Positions 46,526 through 64,000 of a DNA stretch of 64,000 bases are shown here, piece by piece (position 1 is the first letter of the stretch; every line of letters begins with the position of its first letter). A model generated the notes under the pieces. It did not search any database. It was not told where the DNA came from and was given only the letters and a program-made list of their open reading frames with translations. Both the position numbers and the translations under genes were made by a program. The stretch is from the human T2T-CHM13v2.0 reference genome, Homo sapiens. Location of the stretch: assembly GCF_009914755.1 (NCBI RefSeq), contig NC_060948.1. One strand, written 5' to 3'.

Positions 46526-49500
46526 CTTGTTGACTGACTAGGTATTGGAAATAACAAAAAAGGTTTCCCTCCACTTCCTTCCTTTTTTTAAAAATTATGT
46601 ATATTATCTCTGTGCCTGGTTTTTCTTTATTCCATGATTTTCCTTTGACTGTATTCTCTTCTTTAGTCCTTTCAGTTCCTTGTACTTGCTAATGCAGGCT
46701 GAAATGCTAGCTAGAGGTACATAAAGTTTTTGCCAAAAGGGTTTTGAAATTGTGGACTTTTTTTTTTTTCAGTCAATGCCACGTAAGTCACAGAAAAAAA
46801 AAAAATCCTTCATGAGGAAAAAAGAAACATTTCACCCGCTCCTTTTTGTGGTGATCAGAGATTGATTAATTTAGTTTTGCATTAATCAAGTTGTCATCAG
46901 AACCTTCCCTGCTAATCTGTAAATGCTGCCCCTGTTAATGTGTATTTACTCACCTGATGTCTCACCTCATTTCTCTACAGATATTCTCATTGTAAATTAA
47001 GGGAATCGGGGCAAGATGAGAAATTTAACAGTTAGACCTCAACACAATGTCGCCCTTAGCAAAGTGCTTTGAGATTGTCGCATTGCCTAAAAAATGCAAT
47101 CAATATTTAGGAAAGCTCTTTAGAAATCAGAGCTAACAGTTCTCCTTCTCTCTGGCAATTCCTTGAGCTCCTAAAAAAAAAATGTTTGAAAGTACTAAAG
47201 GGCTAACTGACTTGAGTAACAACTCTCATCTGTTTTTTAGAAAGAGGTCCAGCAGAGTTGACGGGTTCAAAGACATTGAAAGTTTCAGTGGTTAATGTTT
47301 ACACCAGAGATTTCCCTTTCTCTCTGATTCATGGCTTAAATTTCTCCAGTTTAGGAAAAGAAATTCTTGAAAATAAATGTAACTGTAGTTCATCACACTG
47401 AAGTGGAACTTCAAAGAGGCACCAATACCGCTGCACCTTTGCCTGAGGGACTGAGGAGGAAGATAAAGAAGGAAGCTGGCTGGGTGTGGTGGCTCATGCC
47501 GGTAATCCCAGCACTTTGGGAGGCTGAGGTGGGTGGATCACCTGAGGTCAGGAGTTCGAGACCAGCCTGACCAATATGGTGAAGCCTCATCTGTACTAAA
47601 ACTACAAAAATTAGCCAGGCGTGGTGGTGTGTGCCTGTAGTCCCAGCTACACTGGACGCTGAGGCAGGAGAATCAGTTTAACCTGGGAGGCAGAGGTTGC
47701 AGTGAGCCAAGATCGCGCCACTGCACACCAGTCTGGGCAACAGAGCCAGACTCTGCCTGAAAACAAAAGAAAACAAAACAACAAACAAACAAACAAACAA
47801 AAAAATGAAAGAAGCCAGATTACCACAAAACAATATGATAAAGACAAGCAACTCAAATGAAAAATGACCGGAGGCTATGAACAGGTCTCTCAGCAATGAG
47901 GAATCCAAACAGTCAACAAACAGTAGAAAAAAGTTTAACTCCATGAGCAATCAGGGAAAACCAAAGTAAAATGAAAATGAGATGCCACTTCTTGACCATC
48001 AGGTTGGCAAATTAAAGAGCAGTGATATCAATATTGGAAAGTGAATAGACAAATGAAGACTCTAACTCACAAATGGTGGAGTGTAAATTGGTACATACTG
48101 GCACAACACTTCAAAGGGCAATTTTCTGATATCTATTAAAATTTGAAATGTGCATATCCATGACCCGACAGATATATCTCTTGGCGTTCACCCCCAGAAA
48201 AAATAAATACTCATTTGGCTCCAATGAGAGAGGTTCATTGTATATTATTAATAACTACGACAAAGCACAAGTGACCTAAATGTCCATTGACCAGGGAATG
48301 GCTAATAATGGTGGCATATCCATATTATGTAAAATTATGCCAAAGTTAAAAGGAATTAAGTATATATATATGTGCTGACATTAGAAATTTCTGAGTAACT
48401 GGGTGTGATGGTGTACCCCCATAGTCCCAGCTACTCATAGGCTGAGGTGGGAGGATCACTTGAACCCAGGAGTTCCAGGCCAGCCTGGGCAATACAGCAA
48501 GACCTCATTTCTAAAAAAGAAAAAAAATCTACCTGTTAATGTAGGTATTTCTGAGTCATGTTCTTGGAGGAAAAAAATCAAGTTACATACATTTTAATAG
48601 CATTTTTGTTCAAGAACATATACCCCAAATAATATATATTCCCTCTATATACCCTCTAAGTATAAATATATAGTGTAAGCATACATTTTCTACAATATGT
48701 ATACATACACATAGTACTTATTATATGAATATAATTTCTCTATTACAAGTATAATAAAAATGCCACATATTTTATGTTAGTAAATATGTTCTGTAAGTTC
48801 AAATATCAAATGTTCCCTATAAGTGTATAAAAGGAAACATCTAGAAAAACATCTGAAAGGATTTACACCAAACTACCCATCTCTGGGAATGGATCTGGGA
48901 TGTAGAGCTGGTGGTCAAAAGGTAACTTAAGCCTACCTGAATGTTTTTAGTATTTTAAAGAAAGGGGCACATATTATCTATTACTCGTATTGTCAAAAAT
49001 GGATAAGAAACAAAAAATGAATGTAGAAAGAATAAAACTAAGGAAATGAAGGTTAGCATGATTAGGGATGAGGAAAGGAAGAAGAGTGAGTTATACCAGC
49101 TTTTTCTCTCTGCTTTCTCCACAAGTGTTCAACTTGTGATTTGCAAGAGTTTGCTCAGTAGTGATGCCTCCTGATGCAGAAAAAGCAGTTTCAAAGCAAC
49201 TGGGAGAAGTATGTGTGTGAGTAGGCAGTCAGTGGTGTAGAGATGAGATTGATTCCAACATTTGAAAAAAGTACTGAAAGATTTGTTAACAGGCAAAATT
49301 CAGAAGGAAATGTGGAAATTTTACTTTTGTTAAGCAGATAGGCTCCTCAAGGGCCAATTGTTTTGGAGCAATTCATTAGTGTAGATAGAAGTATTATCTG
49401 TTCAGGCTGCTATAGTAAAAGCAATACTCCACAAAACAATAGTACATGAACATGATTTATCCAAGTTTGTTGCTACTTTGTAACAAGGATTGTCTTTCCT

Positions 49501-52500
49501 CTAGTCTCCAATAACATGTTCCTCACGTCAGAATGGTCTTTACTGTCTATATTTCTACTAAGTCTCTTCACAACTACTTAGGTACTCTCTAAGAAGAGTC
49601 AAGTTTTCTCTACAGCTCTCCTTTTCTCCTTCTGAACCCTCATCAGAATCACCCTTTATGGCCTGGTCTGTTCACAGCAGTGTAGCATTTTTCTAGGATA
49701 CATGTCAAAACTCTTCCAGCCTCTACCCATTACCCATTTACAAAACTGATTCCATAGTTTTAGGCATTTATTATAGCAGCACCCCTCTCCCAGTACTACC
49801 TTTCTTAATCTGTTCAGGCTCTTATAATAACAATACCTGAACCTGGATGGCTTATAAACAACAGAAATTTGTATCTCACAGTTTTGGAGACTGGCAAGTC
49901 CAAGACCAGGGTGTCAGCACGGTGAGGTTCTGGTGAGGACACTTTTCTGGGGTGCAGACTGCCAACTTCTTGCTGTATTCTTACATGGTAGAAGGAGTAA
50001 CTAAGCTCCCCGAGTCCTCTTTTACAAGGGCATCAATCCCATTCACCAAAGCTCTGGCCTCATGACATAATTCGTCTCCCAAAGGCTCCACTTCCTAATA
50101 CCATCATTCATTCACGAACGCTCTGCCCTTAGGACCTAATTCATCTCCCAAAGGCTCCGCTTCCTGATACCATCACCCCAGGGACTAGAGTTTCAACATA
50201 TGTACAGGTGAGAGGTTGAGTGGGGGCAAACATTCAGACCATAGTGTTGTTTAGGGCTTAGATTTGTGGTTTTGCTTCTTTGTTTAGCTACTCTCATGGG
50301 AACAAGACATTTAATACATAAATTTGTCCCACTATATTACCCCTTTCTTCCTCCATGTAGTTTGCTAATATAGCATACTGGTTGAGAACTCAGATGTTAA
50401 AGTCTGACTGGGTTTAAATCACAGCTCTGATGCCTACCAACTATGATCTCAGGCAAGTTATCCAACCTCTGTGTACCTCTACTTCCTTCTCCATAAAATT
50501 GAGATAATAATAGCACCTAGTATTGTTATGAGGATTAGATGAACTAGAAGTAAAATGATTACAATAATGCCTGGTACATAGTATGCACCGTATCAGTATC
50601 AGTGCCTTGTGTCAATATTATTACTTTTAACAAACTGATAATTTTTCAGTTAAATATTTAATATTTAGAATCAAGAGGCCATCATGAAGATTATGCACGT
50701 TTGCTTCAGACCAATCCCAAAATTCAGACAATCTGCTTAGGAGATTTAAGTTTTGACTGAATAAACTATTATTGCAGGTAGTAGGATTAAAGGTGAACAG
50801 GCAGGGCTTAAGCCAATGTTGCTCAGTTGATAGACATATCTGTAAGTATGCACAAGTGTACACGAGATGTGTGTTGCTATGCTGGACCACACGAATACAG
50901 GTCCAACAGAAGATGAGGCACCATACCCTGAGATTTAAATGGAATTGGTTTAAACATCTGCTAACATGCAATGGGAATAGCACATATTTCTTTCTATCTT
51001 GCTGGGCATACTGAGCTCATGATTTTTGCTTTTCCAGGTCACTTTTGGCTGTAAGCTACTGTTCCTACTGAATTATTTCATCTACATATCATCTTGCTGT
51101 GGATCAGCATGCTGTCCCTGACCCATGTTGCAACGGACAGTGTCCTTGACACTCCTCACAAAATACCGCTGACATAAGGCATTTGTGTGTGTACTGGAAG
51201 CTTGGTAAAGGTTGGACACTATAGCAGGACAGTATGCTACATAATCACAGTAAAGAGTCATAAATCTTTTAGCTGTTAACCTTCTTTTTAAAAGCAGTCT
51301 GGCTAACCTCACTCATCACCTAATGTAGTCAAGATGCTTCGTTGCAAGCAATAGTCACAGAAGTTTTGGCTGGTTTAAACAGGAGAACAACTTATTAAAA
51401 TTTATTGGATAACTAGCCCACAGAATCTCAAAATGAACCAAAGAGCCAGGTTGTCTCCAGGAATGACACACAAAACCGTGCCGCAGAACTTGTCCAGTGA
51501 AGAAACCTCAGCTGTCACCACTGGGCACTGAGTTACATCGTGGCTTGCACAACTGACAGTAGTGGCCACCGCAGCTCTAACCGATACCATGGCTGCCGCT
51601 GCTGCTGTTGATACTCTTCTCCAGAAAGAATTCTCTGCAGTCCCTTCTTTACAGCATCAGCAGTCCCCTCTTCAAAATTTGGGATGGGTGCATCTCACTG
51701 CTGTTGTGTAGGTTACCTGCCCAAGATGTAGCTGCAAGAAAGGCTGAGAAAGTAGACTATTTATTTATAAGGTGAAGCATTCTCAGATCCAGGGGGGGTG
51801 CAACTTGTTTATGACAAGCGCTCTCGATGGCAATGTTTCTTGACCGTCAGTCAGTGTGCACATGAGCCATTTGGAGATCTTGTTAAAATGCAGACTCTGA
51901 TTCAGTAGGTTTGGCATGGGACCTGAGATTTTACAGCACCCGCGTGATGTGAAGTTGCTGATCTGAGGATTACATACACTGAGTAGCAAGCCTCCATAGC
52001 ACCAATAGCACCAATTTTCAAATTTGGCCCCATATTGGAGTAACAAGACAAACATTTCCTTAAAAAAAATATTGACTTCTGAGCCCTGCCCTCAGCTGAT
52101 TTAGTTGGTTTGGGGTGAGGCACGGACATACAAGTTTTTTAAATTTGTTTAAAAAATAGTTAAATTTATTTAAACAATAAATATAATTTTTAAAATTATA
52201 TTTAAAAAATATAAATTATTTAAAACATATATAAAAAAAAGTTTCTAATATACTCAGACATCTTTCACTGCAGGCTCCAACTTCTTGTCTCTTTGCAAGG
52301 TTAATTTCATTTTTCTGAGAAGGAGTCTCACTGTGTCACCCAGGCTGGAATGCAGTGGGGGCAATCTTGGCTCACTGCAACCGCCACCTCCCAGACTCAA
52401 ATGATCCTCCCACCTCAGCCTCCTGAGGAGCAGGGACCACAGCTGCACACTGCCACACCCAGCTAATTTTTGGTATTTTTGGTAGAGACAGGGTTTTCCC

Positions 52501-55500
52501 ATGTTCCCCAGACTGGTCTCAAACACCTGAACTTGGGCGATCCATCGGGCTCAGCCTCCCAAAGTGTGAGAATTACAGGTGTGAGCAAATAAGCCAACCT
52601 GCAAGGTTACTTCTTTTCTCCAGCTTCCAGGACTTCCACTTCTCCCCCCACCCCCTTGCTTGGTTTCTCCCCTTGTAATTTGATTATTCTCATTTATTAG
52701 GCAGAACAATTTGAAACTCTACTCTTTAGTCCCTTGGGCCTAACTTTGCATATCTAAAGCTCTATGGAGTTCTGCTAGTCCAGTGTTTCCCAAAACCATG
52801 TTACCTGTTGACCTGGCAGAATGTGGTATGAAGTGACGCATAAACAAACAGTGTTTTAAATTTGAATCTTTCTGTATTTATTTTAATGTCACCGTTTAAA
52901 ATGTAGCTAAAACAGTACATCTGATCTTGCAAATGTTATTGTTTAGGACAATAAGTTAATTTTAAAAACAGGTAAATAATAATAGACGCTCAGGGCAGAT
53001 AAAACAAAAATCTTGAAAATGATTTGCAAGTGATTGAAATTCAAGTGTGCCTATACAAACGTAGCCTTCTTTCCAAAGCCGTAGGCTTTAGGAGCACAGA
53101 AGAACTGGCAGAGGTGTTCAAAGACACCAGCATTTTTTCTTCTCCCCCAGCATATAGGAAGAAATATAGAGATCTATTTCTGAGCTGATACGAATTATGC
53201 CACTAATCTTACTTAACACATTGAAATGGATACAATCAGTTTTGATCCTAAAAATTTTTTAAGAGATTTCATAAGATTTCAAGAAAACAGCACCAGCCTT
53301 TAAAAAATTCATGATCTAAAGAAAATTCTAAGAATCACTTATGAAATATAAAATACAAATAATGTTTGATCCCTTGACCAGCTAACCTTTAACAAGAAAA
53401 TGGGTGAAACTGTTCAGAACTGTTAAGAACTAATACACAAATCCAGAAAGTGTTAAAACTCCTAAGCAGGCAAAATTTTTAAAAACTCCACACCTACTTA
53501 CATCATTGTGAAAGTTCAGAACACCAAAGAAAAACTGATCTTACACAGCAAAAAGACTGACAGCAGATTTCTCAGTTGCAATAGAAACTAGAAGATAACA
53601 GAGTAATATGCTCAATATTCTGAGAGGGAAAATACTTTTAAACCTAGAATTATATATTCAGTATAATTATGAAACAACAGGGAAAAATCAAAATATTTTA
53701 GGTAGAAAAAAACCCAAGAGTTTACCACATCACACTGTCACACAAGGAAATTATAAAGAATTTGCTACAGGCGTAAGGAAAATGATTCAGAAGGCAGATC
53801 TGAGATATGCAAAGAAATGGTAAGCAAAATGTTACTACATATGTGGATGGGTCTAAAAAAACGATGTCTAATTTATATGGTGAAACCAGGATAGAGCTAA
53901 AATAGTGAATAACATATAAACTGAGAGAGGGGAGGGTGTCCAAAGCTAAAACATCCTAAAGGCCTTTGTATTATTCAAGAGGAGAGTAAAGCTATGTATT
54001 AGCTTTATATTTTAAGTTTACATTTTCAAATAGTAAAACAGTCACTTAAAAATATAGACTGCATTACTCCAAATAAGTTGAGGAATAAAATAACGTGACA
54101 AAAAGAAAAAACACAAAACAAAACACATACACACGTGAGCATATTACTGTTATCTTCTAGTTTCTATTGCTACTGAGAAGCTTCTTCTGTAAGTTTTAAC
54201 TTTCTTGTTTGTATGCCATTCTTATTCAAGATAAGTAGTGTTGTATAAATTTTTACTGTGAGCGTGTCCTTAAAGGATCATTTTCTTTCAGCCTAGGTTG
54301 TAGAAGGATTCATCCAAGTCGGCTTTATGTTTGCTTCTGCCAGGCATTCTAGATGCCCCATGTCTAGGATCTCTTTAGGCAGGAGAGAGGGTGATGGTGT
54401 AGGAGGACCCATTTCTTGGCTTGCAGATTCCAATAATATGTCACAGATTTAAACCCCAAACTTTGATGAAATGCAGGTCTAGGGTTTTAAAATATAATGA
54501 GAGTTAAATACGTATTTTCTTCATCCAGAGATGGGGCAAGCTTCCTCATCTGCTCGTTCATGGGTGATTTATATTTTCCCCACTCCATCCTTTTCCTAAG
54601 GATTTTAGGGACAATGGCTTTTTGCAGAGTACTCAGTTCCAGCTCCCACCTTGAGCCCTTACCTCCTGCCCCTAAACATCCAGACCTCAAGTTAGAGAGA
54701 GTAACATTTTGCCCACACCTAGGAGGACCAATCCTTCTGGTTTCCTTAGGGATGCAGGAATTTCTCAGTGCTAAAACCAGTAAGTCCTGGGCAAACGAGT
54801 ATGACTGGCTGCCCTACAACCCAGCCCCCATATCCAGGGCAGGAGAACAATCATTTGAACAATTCATTGCTCTGGTTTTCAGTTGATTTTTGGTTCTTGG
54901 AATTTCCCTTCTTTTTTTATGGGCTTATCTGCCTATTGGAAACAAAACGTTATTTTTTTTTATCCCGCATTACTAGATGTCAGTAGTGAGACACGTCTCA
55001 CGTTATAGCAGTCCAGCATTTTGCCAGTTCAAAAAGTCACATTTTAATTCTTTCCGTCAGTACAGAAGTGAAGTTTGAGGATAAAGGTCATAGCCACGTA
55101 GCCCTGTGTGCATAACCAGGTGCTGGAGTGGTCCCCAAAGTTATGTGATTGGCTCCACCACCTGCCCCACAGCTTGCTCCCGCTCTAGGCCCTTGCTCTG
55201 ATCTTGAGAATGTTCTGTAAGTCTCTAGGCAGGCCTAGCGTCTTTCTGTAAGTCCTAGAAGGTGAAGTCTTCCATTAAAATGTAAAATCCCTGAGCAAAG
55301 AGATATTATTTTATTCTGTTCACTCCTGCATCTGCAGTACCTGGTAATCACAGGCACTCAGTAACTATCTCTTGAAAGAAGGAACATCCTGAATGTCAAA
55401 ACTGGCGTTCCCTCCCATCCAACCCCTTATATCTCAAACTTGACAGAAAGGAGTCCAAGTTTCTGGCCTGTTGATGTCTCCCTCCGTTTTCCACAGACTT

Positions 55501-55896
55501 GCTACTATTTATTTCTGCAGGTACTTTAAAAGATTTTGGGGTGGGTGTGACGCTAACAGTGATTGTGCTAAACCTGTGCATTCCGGAAGCCATTTTGAAA
55601 CTACAGCCCAGACACATTATCATTTTTTAAAACTATACCATATATTTCAGTATGCATACTTATTTCAAGGGTGTTTTGGAGGCGGTGCCTGCCTGGAACC
55701 CAGGCACTGGCCAGCACACACGCACGGCATACCCTGCGTACTCTACGCACCCACAGCGTGGGGGACGGCCGTCATCCCCCGCAGGCCTCCACCCTCCAGG
55801 GGGCGGGTGTGCTGCCACCCATTGGCTCAGGCCGATACCACGCGCCCCGATACCCGGCACAGGAGCCACCTCCCAGAGCCCCGCAGTCCATGCCTC

Positions 55897-56104
55897 AGTC
55901 GGCCTGCGCTCCTCAGCCTGGCGGTTCTACCTCCGAGGGTTCGCCCGCCCTTGGTTTTCCTTACACCTTAGCCTTTGGCTCCTTTGACCACTCGAAGCCC
56001 CACAGCGTGTTCCAGCGGACTTCACCAGCAGACCCAGAAGTGGTGGGTGAAACACTGCCTCTGTTCCTCCTTGAGCCTGTCGGGAGCTGCTGCCTGCCAC
56101 CACC

Positions 56105-56107
<3 letters not shown>
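55897..56107 (+). CDS. DAZ2: DAZ2 exon 1 (5'UTR + ATG; start approximate)
   Basis: GCCACCACCATG|GTGAGT; mirror of 35162-35372. Confidence 0.85.
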
Positions 56108-63832
<7,725 letters not shown>

Positions 63833-64000
63833 GTAAGTAATCTAATAGAAAAATCTCTTATTTATCTTATTGCTACAACGTTTAGTGTCAGTGATACACT
63901 CGGACTTGTGTAAAATTTGGGGAAAGACACACTTCCTGTTCAAAATCCAAACTCAGAGTAACCTCACGTAGCTTGTTTGATCCTGTTTATTTTTGACTGG

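Larger units (their letters stand above)
44565..46702. other. Palindrome spacer, 2138 bp, non-mirrored
   Basis: Complementarity stops after ...CTCTAGCTAGCATT (44564) and resumes at AATGCTAGCTAGAG (46703). P1/P2 spacers are known to be ~2.1 kb. Confidence 0.93.

Overview
Human (primate) Y-chromosome AZFc sequence: the centre of a DAZ palindrome with two DAZ genes arranged head-to-head. The left gene (minus strand, exon 1 ATG at 35164) has three tandem ~10.84-kb copies of exons 2-6 (495 nt, one RRM unit each), followed by the 2.4-kb exon-7 'DAZ repeat' array. This matches DAZ1. The right gene (plus strand, ATG at 56105, exons 1-4 in window) is its mirror partner, DAZ2. The arms map as x -> ~91269-x and are almost identical around a 2138-bp unique spacer (44565-46702) holding a truncated THE1 element inside an AluJ. 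The locus is known. The less obvious signals are: a frameshifted DAZL-type alternative first exon in intron 1; frame-preserving pseudoexons with intact AG/GT; CTCF motifs convergent across the palindrome centre; an AluYb8 in both arms but absent from tandem copies 2 and 3; a two-age mosaic in the 10.8-kb repeat; and a spacer LTR with a GTAAGT donor pointing only at DAZ1. Family names, primer sequences and DAZL comparisons are from memory, not database searches.
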